Source: a virus (lineage: Duplodnaviria; Caudoviricetes). From it: a DNA stretch of 45,192 nucleotides. Numbering within the stretch: the first letter of the stretch is position 1; every line of letters begins with the position of its first letter. Under the pieces are notes generated by a model. That model worked only from the letters and a program-made list of their open reading frames with translations, ran no database searches and was not told the DNA's origin. The translations under genes and the position numbers were made by a program. Below, piece after piece: positions 9,224 through 18,555 of the stretch. The stretch is taken from positions 1 to 45,192 of IMG/VR virus record IMGVR_UViG_3300048577_000141; one strand, written 5' to 3'.

Positions 9224-12200
9224 GCCGCCTTCTTCTGTCGCGACCGGAACTCGGCGTTCCTGCCCTGCTCACGGAGCGCGGCGGCGGCCTCAAGGGTCGC
9301 CTGCACGTTCTCGCGGCCGGACATCGCCTCGATCTGGATCAGCCTTTGCATCATGTCGGCGAACTGCCGCTGCATGGCCTGGATGGCCTTGACCACGGCC
9401 GAATTGTCGTTGGCGGCATACCAGCCGCCGCGCATCGCCTCGATCTCCGGGCGGTACCGCTGCGCCTGCGCCGCCGGCATGACGAACTCGCCGGGCATCA
9501 GCCTTTTCAGGACGCTGTCCATGCCGGGAACGCCGCCCGTCACCCATCCGCCCGACGCCATACCGGCGCCGGCCGCATGCTTCCTCAGATCGGCCTCGAT
9601 GCCCGCCAGCGTCGTCAATCCGGCATTGAGGTTGCCACTGTAGAAGGCGTAGCCGACAGGGTCCGGCTCGCGCTTGAGGATGGAGCGATAGAGGTTCGCC
9701 ACCGGATCGGTCGACGAGTAGTTCGCGGTCGAGGCGGTCGACGCCTGCTGCTGCGCCACGGCCGCCGCGTTCTGTGCCGCCAGCTGCGCCTTGAGCACCG
9801 CCAGCATCTCCTGAAACACGGTGTTCTTATAGGCGTCGTCTGCCGCCTGCGCGCTCGCTTCCGCCGCCTGCGCGGCCTTCAGGTCGGCGATGGCTGCGCC
9901 CACGCTCTTCACGCCGTCGTCGATGTCGATCAGCTTGCCGACCTGTTTTTCCAGCGCGGAAAGCTGCTTCTCGGCTGCCGAGAGCTGCGACGAGGCCTTG
10001 GCGAGCGCCTGTTCCAGCGTCGCATCAACCTGTTCGAAGATCTGGAAATAGGCTTCCGACGATGCGTAGTAGCTGCGCGCCTCTTCCAGATAGGCCCGGC
10101 TGACCTCTTCCAGCCTGCCCTGCGCCGTCTCGTCGCCGGCGAGCGCCTTGGCGGACACTTCGTTGAACTGCCGCTGCGCCTCCATCAGCCGCTCGTAGGG
10201 CGAGTAGGGAGAAAGCTGCTTGTCGAGTTTCAGGCTGTCCCGGAAATTCCGGATGCCCTCGGTGAACGATTTTAGCCGCGAGATCGTGCTCTCGATTTCC
10301 GACCGCTCTTTCTCGTAAGCCGAGCGCAGCGCGGCCTTGGCGTCCTCCACCTTGGCCTGCGCGTCGGCGAGCGCCTGCGCCGTGTCGCCACCCTCGCCCA
10401 TGCCGATCAAGCCCATCAGCGAGGCGGAAAGCTCCGGCATGGCGGCGGCAAGCTGCCTGATCTGGTCGTCGGTAAGTTTTGCTTCCTTGACGATGTTGCG
10501 CAGCGAGAGCGCCAGTTCCCGGTTCGCGAGATCGGCCGACAGACCGAGCGCCGCCGCGTCGCGAAGCCGATCATTGTACCGCTTCTGCGCATCGAGCAGA
10601 TCGTTGAAGTAGCCGAGATCGGAAAGCTCGTAGAGCGACGCCGAAATGTCGTCAAGGAAGGCCGATCTGAGCTTCGCCAGAGCGGCGTTCAGCTGCTTGT
10701 CCAGCGCCTCCGCAGCGGCGAAGGCCGACATGCCGAGTTCTTCCAGCGCCGTCTGCGCGGCCTTCACCGCGCCCTGCACGGCCTGCACCGCGCTTTCGTA
10801 CTCCGTGAACTCCTGCCGGCCGCCGATGAAGGCGAGGATCATGCGCTTGGCGGCCTCGGTCGCGGCGGCCATGTCGCGGTCGCCCATTTCCCGAAGTTCG
10901 GCCTCCAGCCGCGCCGCCTCTTCGGCCGACACGGATGCGCGGTCGATCTTGTTGATCGTCTCCTCGGTGAAGTAGGCGACGTCGGCGAGCATGGTGCGCA
11001 GCTCCTCGCGGAGATCGCGCATCGCCTTCGAGCCCTGATAGAGCGGGCTGTCTGTGCCGTAGCCGGAGGAGTAGGCCTCAAGCTGGCCCGGCAGGGCGTC
11101 GTAGAAGTCGCGACGCAGACGCAGGAACATCGCGTTCCACGACTGGTGCAGCCGGTCGACCAGATCGAAGTTCTTGGCCTTCCACGCGAGGCTGACCGCC
11201 TTGTCGATCTCGCCGAGATAGTCCGAAAGCTGCTTCTGGAGAACGCCGATACCCCTGCCCTCGCCGACAGCGAGCAGGTTGTTGATCGCGTTCATCTGCT
11301 TTTCGAGTTCGCGTTTCGCCGCCTTCAGCTTGGCCCGCGCGCCCATCAGCCCGCCGATCAGGCCGGCAATGCCGCCGACGACCGCGCCGATTGGTCCGGC
11401 GATCGAGCCGAGCACGGCCGTCATCTGCATGCCGGCGCCGAAACCCTGCACCGCGCCGCCGAGCGCGCCCATCAGCGGACTGGCCGACTGGTACCCCGTC
11501 GAGAAGCCGCCGAGGCCCGCGCTCAGAAGACCGAGCGCAGTCTGCCCGAAGCCGACGCCGCCAGAAGCGCCCTGCTTTCCGGTCGAAACCTCGCGCAGGC
11601 CGGCCCATGCGTCCAAGGTCCCCTTCTGCGTTCCGGCCTGTGCGCCCGATTGCGTTCCCTGCTGCGAGCCGGATTTCACCGCGCCCATCACCTTGCTGAC
11701 ATAGGCGTTGACGCTTTGTCCGTTATAGGGATCGACGATACTTCCCGACTGGGAGAGCGGCCGGCCGGAATTCCAGACCGCCGCGACGTCCTCAAAACGA
11801 CCGTTGTATTTCTGGAGCAGCTTCGTCAGTTGGAAGTAGGCTACCTGATCCTGGACAAGGCGGTCGCCGAGGAATTCCGACGCCGAAACAACGCGCCCGA
11901 GAGCCTGTTGCGACCATTGCGGCAGATTGCTTTCGAGGATCTGATAGGCGCCGAGCGGCTTTCCATACTTCGTCTGCATGCCGACAGCGCCGTAGTTGTT
12001 CCCGCTCTCGATCTTCCTGATCGCGCCGGCGATAACATCGACCTGTCGGTTCAACGGCTCCTGAATGGCCGGCACCACGCCCTGCGCCATGGCCTTGCCC
12101 GTCTGGATCGCGGCGGGCATGCCCGGAATGCCGCCGCGGCCCTGCCGTTCCCATACCGGACCTTCGGTGACCTGCTGGATGACAGGGACGATTGCCTTGC

Positions 12201-14151
12201 CGATCTCCTGTCCGGTAGCACGCGCGGCCGGGATATTCGTCTTCGTCGACGGCGCGTCGAGCGCAAAACCCTTGCCGCTCATCCAGTTCGACAGGCCTTC
12301 GGCAACGTTGTCGAAATTCATCGACGCCAGTCGCGCGCCAAGGCTGACGAGCGATTCCAGCAGATCGCGACCGGTGAACAGGTCCTCAAGGAAGCCGGCG
12401 AAACCGTCCTTCAGGGCTTCGGCCGTCTCCTTGCCCTTGTCCTTCAGCTTGCCGAACTTGTCGGCGGTCTTGTCCGTCTCCTTGCCGAGGTCGCGCACGC
12501 CGAGCGCAGAGGCGAGAAACAGCTCGTCGACGCGGGCTTCGACGGCGGCGCGCTGGAAACCGTCCAGCTTCTCGCCGAACCGGTCGAGAAGGCCGATAAG
12601 CTCCTCAGCCTCGCGACGCGCAGCCTCGCCGGGGAAATACTGCTCCAGCAGGTTGTCGGCGCGGCCCTGGAATGCGTCGAACTGGCGCTTGAGTTCGGCG
12701 GCAGCGTCCTTGGCGTCCTTCGCTTCCTTCTTCAGATCACGTAGGCGATCCTCCATGTTCTTGACCGCCTGCTGCGAAACGTCATCGAAGAACGATCCTG
12801 CGAAATCAGTGTTGAACGCCTCGCCGGCCTTCTTGCCTGCTTCGGTGAAGGCTTTTTCAACATCGCTGGCGGCTTGCCCGAAGCGATCCTTGATCGCATC
12901 GGCCGTCGCGGCGGCCTCGCCCTTCCAAGGGTTGGTAATCTCGCCGAAATCGACATCGGAAAGCGCTTTGATCCCATCCGCGCCAAGCGCCGTCAAAGCT
13001 ATATTCGCCGTCTCGATCAACTTGTTGACGAGGCCGATCGCCTCGTTGATCATCGTCTCGGTGCCGTCGACCACAGCCTGCGCAGTCTGAATGGTCAGAT
13101 CACCCATGATCTGCGGAAGATTGTTCCACACCGTCTTGATGATGTCGTAGGCCGCCTGCCAGCCGATGACGATGGCTTGCGCGCCGGCTCCAACGAGTTG
13201 AGCCTGCGATACGACGGTCGCGACTATGAAATTGAACGCATCGGCCGTGTACTCTTTCACCGCCTCCCATGCCGCCTCGAAGTACGGCGCAATGGCCGTG
13301 ATCGCTGGCTCAAGCTCGTCGTAGATGTAGCCGCCGATGACTTGGAACACTGCCTTGAAGGTGTCGCCGAACGAGACGGCCTGACCTGTCGCATCCTGAA
13401 TGGCCTGCTGGAGGCCGAAGAAGCCGGCAGCAGCAACGCCGGCCAAGGCGGCAAGCGGACCGATCTTTGTTACGATGCCACCGAGAATGGTGCCGAGGTC
13501 TTTGAAGGCCGCGTTGACGCCGCCATTGCCAGCATAAATCTGTGCGATCTGCGGGCCCTGTTGCATGAGCAGCATAGCCGGGTTCTGCCCAAGCGCGGCC
13601 ATCTGGCCCACGTCCATGAGCTGATAGCCAAGGTTCTGCCGGCGGAAGCGCGAGCTGTTGTCGTTTGCCGCCTGTGCAGCCTTGGCGGCTGCGCTGTTGC
13701 GCACCAGGGCGGCAGTATTCAGGTCGATCTGGCCCGTCTCAACGTTTAGATTATGGTTGACCTGGGCAACGACGCCGGCCAACCGGACGTGACCGTTTGC
13801 CGCCAACTCTGCGGCGTTGCCGGCAAACGCGAGCTTCTGCGTCATGCCGGCTATCAGCGCCTCCGCCTGCGCCAGACTGATCTGACCTGTCTCCAACGCC
13901 ATGTTGATGCGGCGCAGGCCCTGTTCGTACTTCACTTGGTTGGCAAAGCCCTGGACATACTGCATCGACAGGCGATGGATGCCGTTTCCGGCCTGACTGA
14001 CCTTGGTGTCGGTCTGCTGAACCGTCTGCCCAAGGCCGGTCACGGCCGCACCGGCGCGCGCACTCGACTGTTCGAGCGAACGCGCGCCGGCCGTGAAGCC
14101 GGCAGCATCCATATCGGCGCTGACGCGCAGAGCGCTGAGTTTGACGGTCAT
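9220..14151 (-). CDS. Tape measure protein with an internal lysozyme/transglycosylase-like domain
   Basis: 1643 aa, Ala/Gly-rich helical; QNLGYQLMDV...QQGPQI lambda-type TMP motif; IRKIESGNNY...GAYQ...AVWNSG segment. Confidence 0.9.
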   Translation of the reverse strand: MTVKLSALRVSADMDAAGFTAGARSLEQSSARAGAAVTGLGQTVQQTDTKVSQAGNGIHRLSMQYVQGFANQVKYEQGLRRINMALETGQISLAQAEALIAGMTQKLAFAGNAAELAANGHVRLAGVVAQVNHNLNVETGQIDLNTAALVRNSAAAKAAQAANDNSSRFRRQNLGYQLMDVGQMAALGQNPAMLLMQQGPQIAQIYAGNGGVNAAFKDLGTILGGIVTKIGPLAALAGVAAAGFFGLQQAIQDATGQAVSFGDTFKAVFQVIGGYIYDELEPAITAIAPYFEAAWEAVKEYTADAFNFIVATVVSQAQLVGAGAQAIVIGWQAAYDIIKTVWNNLPQIMGDLTIQTAQAVVDGTETMINEAIGLVNKLIETANIALTALGADGIKALSDVDFGEITNPWKGEAAATADAIKDRFGQAASDVEKAFTEAGKKAGEAFNTDFAGSFFDDVSQQAVKNMEDRLRDLKKEAKDAKDAAAELKRQFDAFQGRADNLLEQYFPGEAARREAEELIGLLDRFGEKLDGFQRAAVEARVDELFLASALGVRDLGKETDKTADKFGKLKDKGKETAEALKDGFAGFLEDLFTGRDLLESLVSLGARLASMNFDNVAEGLSNWMSGKGFALDAPSTKTNIPAARATGQEIGKAIVPVIQQVTEGPVWERQGRGGIPGMPAAIQTGKAMAQGVVPAIQEPLNRQVDVIAGAIRKIESGNNYGAVGMQTKYGKPLGAYQILESNLPQWSQQALGRVVSASEFLGDRLVQDQVAYFQLTKLLQKYNGRFEDVAAVWNSGRPLSQSGSIVDPYNGQSVNAYVSKVMGAVKSGSQQGTQSGAQAGTQKGTLDAWAGLREVSTGKQGASGGVGFGQTALGLLSAGLGGFSTGYQSASPLMGALGGAVQGFGAGMQMTAVLGSIAGPIGAVVGGIAGLIGGLMGARAKLKAAKRELEKQMNAINNLLAVGEGRGIGVLQKQLSDYLGEIDKAVSLAWKAKNFDLVDRLHQSWNAMFLRLRRDFYDALPGQLEAYSSGYGTDSPLYQGSKAMRDLREELRTMLADVAYFTEETINKIDRASVSAEEAARLEAELREMGDRDMAAATEAAKRMILAFIGGRQEFTEYESAVQAVQGAVKAAQTALEELGMSAFAAAEALDKQLNAALAKLRSAFLDDISASLYELSDLGYFNDLLDAQKRYNDRLRDAAALGLSADLANRELALSLRNIVKEAKLTDDQIRQLAAAMPELSASLMGLIGMGEGGDTAQALADAQAKVEDAKAALRSAYEKERSEIESTISRLKSFTEGIRNFRDSLKLDKQLSPYSPYERLMEAQRQFNEVSAKALAGDETAQGRLEEVSRAYLEEARSYYASSEAYFQIFEQVDATLEQALAKASSQLSAAEKQLSALEKQVGKLIDIDDGVKSVGAAIADLKAAQAAEASAQAADDAYKNTVFQEMLAVLKAQLAAQNAAAVAQQQASTASTANYSSTDPVANLYRSILKREPDPVGYAFYSGNLNAGLTTLAGIEADLRKHAAGAGMASGGWVTGGVPGMDSVLKRLMPGEFVMPAAQAQRYRPEIEAMRGGWYAANDNSAVVKAIQAMQRQFADMMQRLIQIEAMSGRENVQATLEAAAALREQGRNAEFRSRQKKAA

Positions 14152-14199
14152 TGGACTTTCAAGGGAAGGTTGTTATCGTGAGGCGGCGAGGGACGGATC

Positions 14200-14499
14200 A
14201 TGAGACGATCGATTGTTCTTGGGTGTTTTGCACTGGCTGGATGTGTTTCCGCCCAGCCCGGCGCCGAGAAAGTCATCCTGACGAGCAACGCCGGGCTGGT
14301 TGCGGGGTGCAGACTTATAGGTCAGGAGACGGTAAGTGCACCAATCATGCTCGACGTGGCATCGGCTCAGAAGGACGCTACGACAAATCTTCGGAACCTG
14401 GCGATCAAGAAGGGCGGGACGCACGTCATCACGACCGGCCCCAGCGGCTTTTCCTACGGTGTCGGCGTGATGCAGACCGGCGACATCTACCGGTGCTGA
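14200..14499 (+). CDS. Small lipoprotein moron (DUF4156-like), antisense to the tail operon
   Basis: Signal peptide with LAGC lipobox; GCRLIG...NLRNLAIKKGGTHV...YRC pattern. Confidence 0.7.
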   Translation: MRRSIVLGCFALAGCVSAQPGAEKVILTSNAGLVAGCRLIGQETVSAPIMLDVASAQKDATTNLRNLAIKKGGTHVITTGPSGFSYGVGVMQTGDIYRC

Positions 14500-14889
14500 T
14501 CACCGCTTCCGCTTCGCCTCTTCCCGCGCCCGCTCTTCCTTCGCCTTCTCCGTCACCCATGCCAGCCACTCGTCGTCGATGGCGCGGAAGAGGGTGAAGA
14601 ATTCGTCGAAATCCTGCCCGACGATGCCGTAGCGGGCGGCATAGGCGTTGATCGCGGCAAAGGTCACCGGCATTTCGCCGCCCATGGCGAGATAGGGCCG
14701 GTCGTAGCGCAGGGTTTCCCAAGCCTGCCAGAGCGGAGCATGCCAGTCTTCGGGCTCCGCATCCTCTGGCATCTCGGCAAGGTCAGTGTCGGGAATCTCG
14801 CCGGGAAATTCCTCCGCGAGCTTGCTCAGCCAGTCGGCTTGCTTTTGTCCGTCGAGGCGCCAGCGGAGCTGGGCCCGGACTTTTTTCCC
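14500..14889 (-). CDS. Tail assembly chaperone frameshift extension (gpT-like)
   Basis: -1 frame ORF entered at GGGAAAAAAG (14889-14880), reading GKKVRAQLRW... Confidence 0.8.
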   Translation of the reverse strand, partial: GKKVRAQLRWRLDGQKQADWLSKLAEEFPGEIPDTDLAEMPEDAEPEDWHAPLWQAWETLRYDRPYLAMGGEMPVTFAAINAYAARYGIVGQDFDEFFTLFRAIDDEWLAWVTEKAKEERAREEAKRKR

Positions 14890-15272
14890 GCATCCTCCAC
14901 GAACTCCGCGTCGCTCTGGCCGATCAGGGAAGCGCAGTAAAGCACCGCGTTTATGACCTCGCGATAGGCCCAATCCGACATCACCTCTGTCGCTCGTTCG
15001 GATGAGTAGGCTTCGTCGAGGCCGCGCCAGTCATGCAGCACATGCCTCGCAAGGATCTTGCCGAGTTCCGTGGTGCGCACACTCTCCGGAATGTCGGTTC
15101 CCTTGAACGATTTCGCCAGCCGCTTGTTCATGGCGTTCCGCGCCGTGATGAAATCTGGCACCAGCAATGACGACACGTTGAACTCGACGCCTGGCCATTC
15201 GGGATAGGGAATCCAGTCGCCGGTCTTCTCGCGCTCAAGATCGACCTTGAGGGAGGAAAGCTTGATGGTCAT
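14826..15272 (-). CDS. Tail assembly chaperone (gpG-like)
   Basis: Between tail tube and TMP; ends just after the slippery site. Confidence 0.8.
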   Translation of the reverse strand: MTIKLSSLKVDLEREKTGDWIPYPEWPGVEFNVSSLLVPDFITARNAMNKRLAKSFKGTDIPESVRTTELGKILARHVLHDWRGLDEAYSSERATEVMSDWAYREVINAVLYCASLIGQSDAEFVEDAGKKSGPSSAGASTDKSKPTG

Positions 15273-15280
15273 GGAAGAAA

Positions 15281-15360
15281 TCCTTTGTCGGAAGGGGATG
15301 CGGCGACGTCCGACAACGCCGCCGCACTTACGCGCGTAACTCGTTCCGTGTCGGCGGAAC
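15281..15360 (-). promoter_or_regulatory. Candidate structured RNA element (two hairpins; pseudoknot or kissing loop) in the TAC leader
   Basis: 10-bp stem whose loop UUGUCGGA is complementary to UCCGACAA at the SD and to the CCGACA loop of an upstream 6-bp hairpin. Confidence 0.5.
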
Positions 15361-15366
15361 TCTGGA

Positions 15367-16854
15367 TCAGGCCTCGAAATACTCGACCCGGTCGATGACG
15401 CGATGCGCCGCCGTCAGCGTGTCCTTCGACGCCTGGAACGTCAGCGAGATCATCACATCCTGGTTCTTGCCGCCGGCCGATGGTGCGCCGCCGGTGAAGG
15501 TCACGCGCGGCAATGCGTCGATGACGGCCTGGCCGTCCTTCGCCGTGCGCAGGTTGATGCTGCCGGCGTCGCCCGCCAGCAGTTTCGCCAGCAGCGCATT
15601 CGAGCCGAAATAGGTTTCGAGCGTTCCCTCGACCTGGCATTCGCCGACACCGATATCGACCGCGCCGACATTGCCGACCGCCGTAATCGGCCGCAGATTA
15701 TTGTTGTGCGTGATCTGCGCGCTGCGGACGAAGTTCGGAGAGGCGACGGCGGCGCCAGATTCGGAGATGCGTCCGACATTTACGTTGGCCGACATGATGC
15801 GATTGGTGGTCGGCGCGTCCGGCGTGCCGTCGAGGGACGTCGTGCCCTGCGAGCCGGCAAGGCCCTGCAGCGTGAACGAGCCCGTGATGATCTGCTCCGT
15901 GGTATAGCTCAGGTCGCCCTGCCCGACGATCATGCCGCGCTGCACGATATAGGTCGGAACAGTCTGTCCCATGAAGCCGCGCTCGATTGTCAGCGACGAG
16001 CGGGTCACGCCATTCCTGATCTGGTCGCCAAAGAAGACGCGGATGGTCTTCGAAGTGCCACTGTCAGTGGTCCAGCCGGACGGGAGATTGTCGAGAGGCA
16101 ACTTCGTCGCCGTCGGCGTGGCCGAAATGCGCGCCCATGCATTGCCGCGTGCCGTCGCGCCAGCCGTCACCAGGAAAGCGAATGTGGTCCCGTCGGCGGT
16201 GCCACCGATCTTGACCCACTGGCCCGCGCGCAGGCCGAGCGTGGTGAAGTCGAGCGACGTCGAGCCGAGGCCATCGGCAAGCGCCGTGATGTCGCCGGAA
16301 GCGCCCTCGAAGCCGACGACCTTCATGCGGGCGGCGGCGGGCGGAGCGGATTCCGCCACGAAGTTCGCGCCGAGCATGGCAGGAACGGTCGCGCTGCCAG
16401 TCGTCACCTTGAACACACCGTTGTTGGCCGCGTTCGAGAAGCCGGTCTGCCGAACCAGATGCCCGGCCACGAAGGCGTCCCCAGTGGTCACGGTCACGAC
16501 GTCGGTCGTGTCGGCAACGCCGGTGATCACGCTGTCCGCTGTCCCGTCATTGTCGCGCTGCGGCGTGTTCTGCCACGCATTGTACATGAGCGACTGAAGG
16601 AAATCGCTGAAAGGGCTGTTGTCGACCGGATAGCTCAGTTCGAAATTGATGCCGCCCTGGTTCTGCTCGTTGACCTTGATGGGGTCCGAGCTCATGCGGT
16701 CGTCGCGCAGTTCCTCCGAGTTCACGAACTGTGGCGAGTAAGACAGGCTCTCGCCGGTGATGCGTGCCGTGCGCATGCGCGGCGTCGGCGAAGGCGTCAC
16801 GCCAAAAGTCTGCTCGCGGATGGTCGTCAGGCGAAGGCGGTTTGAATCGGTCAT
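15367..16854 (-). CDS. Major tail tube protein
   Basis: RITGESL...SEELRDDRM...GGINFELSY and VEGTLETYF motifs; position before the TAC. Confidence 0.85.
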   Translation of the reverse strand: MTDSNRLRLTTIREQTFGVTPSPTPRMRTARITGESLSYSPQFVNSEELRDDRMSSDPIKVNEQNQGGINFELSYPVDNSPFSDFLQSLMYNAWQNTPQRDNDGTADSVITGVADTTDVVTVTTGDAFVAGHLVRQTGFSNAANNGVFKVTTGSATVPAMLGANFVAESAPPAAARMKVVGFEGASGDITALADGLGSTSLDFTTLGLRAGQWVKIGGTADGTTFAFLVTAGATARGNAWARISATPTATKLPLDNLPSGWTTDSGTSKTIRVFFGDQIRNGVTRSSLTIERGFMGQTVPTYIVQRGMIVGQGDLSYTTEQIITGSFTLQGLAGSQGTTSLDGTPDAPTTNRIMSANVNVGRISESGAAVASPNFVRSAQITHNNNLRPITAVGNVGAVDIGVGECQVEGTLETYFGSNALLAKLLAGDAGSINLRTAKDGQAVIDALPRVTFTGGAPSAGGKNQDVMISLTFQASKDTLTAAHRVIDRVEYFEA

Positions 16855-16929
16855 GTCATGTCTCCATGGCGAAAGGGCCGCCAGGCATGCGCTGGACGGT
16901 CGGGCAGGCGTTGAGGGTGAATGGTGGAG

Positions 16930-17118
16930 TTACTTCCTGGACTTCTTCTGCGGCGCTGCCGGCGTCGGTGCTTCGACCGCCTTCGGCCGATCGATAAACC
17001 CACGACGGGCCAGGTCGTCGAACGTGTGGGGCGTCAGGTCATCGGCTTCGGAAACCGGTTCTCCGGCCACCCAACGGCGACGGAACGTGTTGAACGAACG
17101 TGCGACGATAGCCATCAA
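16930..17118 (-). CDS. Small hypothetical protein
   Basis: Coupled to the upstream gene; basic C-terminus. Confidence 0.55.
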   Translation of the reverse strand: MMAIVARSFNTFRRRWVAGEPVSEADDLTPHTFDDLARRGFIDRPKAVEAPTPAAPQKKSRK

Positions 17119-17525
17119 TCATCCCTTTCCCAGTCGATTGTCACCGTCATGCGGAAGAAGTTGCCGTCTTCGGCGCCGGGCTCGCCTGCCCCGATGGACA
17201 TGCCGCGCGGGCGCACGCCTGCTTCCTCATTGCCGCGGAACAGATCCACGATCTGCTTGGCGTAGGTGCGGGCCTGCGCCGACCCCTTGCCGCGCGGTGC
17301 CAGCACATGCACATAGATCTGGCCGCTCTCGCGAAACAGGTTGCCATCCTGCGGGTCGGCGCCGATCGACGCCTGGTCGTAGAAATCGCCATAGACCTCG
17401 ACCAGCAGGAAATAGGCCGGCGGATTCGGCAGCTTCCAGATCTCATTCTCGAAATAGATCGCCGTCGCGGTCCACTTGGCCCGCAGATAGCTTTCGATCC
17501 CGGCAAAGGCGGCGGCGCTCGACAT
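17115..17525 (-). CDS. Tail terminator/completion protein
   Basis: Size, position and G.IYVHVLAPRGKG motif. Confidence 0.7.
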   Translation of the reverse strand: MSSAAAFAGIESYLRAKWTATAIYFENEIWKLPNPPAYFLLVEVYGDFYDQASIGADPQDGNLFRESGQIYVHVLAPRGKGSAQARTYAKQIVDLFRGNEEAGVRPRGMSIGAGEPGAEDGNFFRMTVTIDWERDD

Positions 17526-17527
17526 GG

Positions 17528-18226
17528 TCAGCGATTCAGGTTGAGCACGACGGATGGATAGGTCAGCGCTTGGCCCGCGGCAGTGTCCTTGCGTGGCGCC
17601 AGGAAGCTGCGGCCTGCGCGAAACGCGCTCGAACGGCTGGAGCGCGACGCAGACCGCAACGGTGATCCGCCTTTCAGGATGTACGGAATGGACGGATGAA
17701 CACCGGTCGCGATGTTGAGAAACCGGGTCTCGGCGATCACGATCTCACCATAGCGGCTGTTGATCATGCGCTTCGTCCCGTCGAAGACGCGGCGGCGCGA
17801 GACGCCGAGGAGTCCAGCCTCCACCTTGCGGATATAAGGCTGGAAATTGGTGACGATGATCTCGGCATCGGCGGGGATGTCGTCGAAATCCGTCAGCATC
17901 CTGCCGCCGCTGATCACGATGAAGGAGGATGCGAACCGCCCGCTTTTGCGAGGGCTGCGCTTTTGCAGTTCGGCCAGCGCGAACAGGATCACCGGCTTCC
18001 ACCAGACGAATTCGTAGAGGATCGGGCCGGGCGCACGGACGGCGGTCTCCGGAGCGCCCTCGATGCGATTGACATAGCGCCGGTAAGACGGGCTTCCCTC
18101 GCCTCGCTGGATGACGCGCTCCAGCTCCTCGCGCGCGAATTTCGCCAGCGCGGTGTTGATCCGGTCGGGCTCGACGTCCGCAATCGCAAGACGCAAGTCC
18201 CGGTCGAACGTCTCGAACTTCGCCAT
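17528..18226 (-). CDS. Neck protein (HK97 gp10-like)
   Basis: SPRKSGRFASSF...NFQPYIRKVEAG motif and position. Confidence 0.65.
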   Translation of the reverse strand: MAKFETFDRDLRLAIADVEPDRINTALAKFAREELERVIQRGEGSPSYRRYVNRIEGAPETAVRAPGPILYEFVWWKPVILFALAELQKRSPRKSGRFASSFIVISGGRMLTDFDDIPADAEIIVTNFQPYIRKVEAGLLGVSRRRVFDGTKRMINSRYGEIVIAETRFLNIATGVHPSIPYILKGGSPLRSASRSSRSSAFRAGRSFLAPRKDTAAGQALTYPSVVLNLNR

Positions 18227-18555
18227 CAGCCACGCACCAGAAGCTCGATCCGGACGAGCGTGTTTGCGACCAGCTTACGCCGTACGAAATAGATGCTGAG
18301 AGTCCGGCCGCCGAACACGGCCCATTCATCCTCGAGAGGTTCTCCATACGCGCCGAGGCCGGTCGGCGAGAGCACGATCATGCTGTCGCCCTGCTTCGAC
18401 GAGCCGACGAACTTTTCCGGCCGCAACGACGTCTGATATCCCTTCACCGTGACCGTCGCGCTTGGCGTCTGGTTGTCCCCGCGTTTCAGGACAAGCGTGG
18501 AGCCATGCAGGGACAGCTGCCGGTCGAGAGACCTGATCGCGGTGGACGGCGTCAT
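18226..18555 (-). CDS. Head-tail joining/closure protein
   Basis: True start MTPSTAIRSL (ATG 18555 overlaps the upstream stop); position. Confidence 0.65.
   Translation of the reverse strand: MTPSTAIRSLDRQLSLHGSTLVLKRGDNQTPSATVTVKGYQTSLRPEKFVGSSKQGDSMIVLSPTGLGAYGEPLEDEWAVFGGRTLSIYFVRRKLVANTLVRIELLVRG

Noticed and set aside
6548-9643. 1031-aa plus-strand ORF and many similar long antisense ORFs
   Set aside because: Shadow frames of GC-rich minus-strand structural genes, with no recognisable motifs
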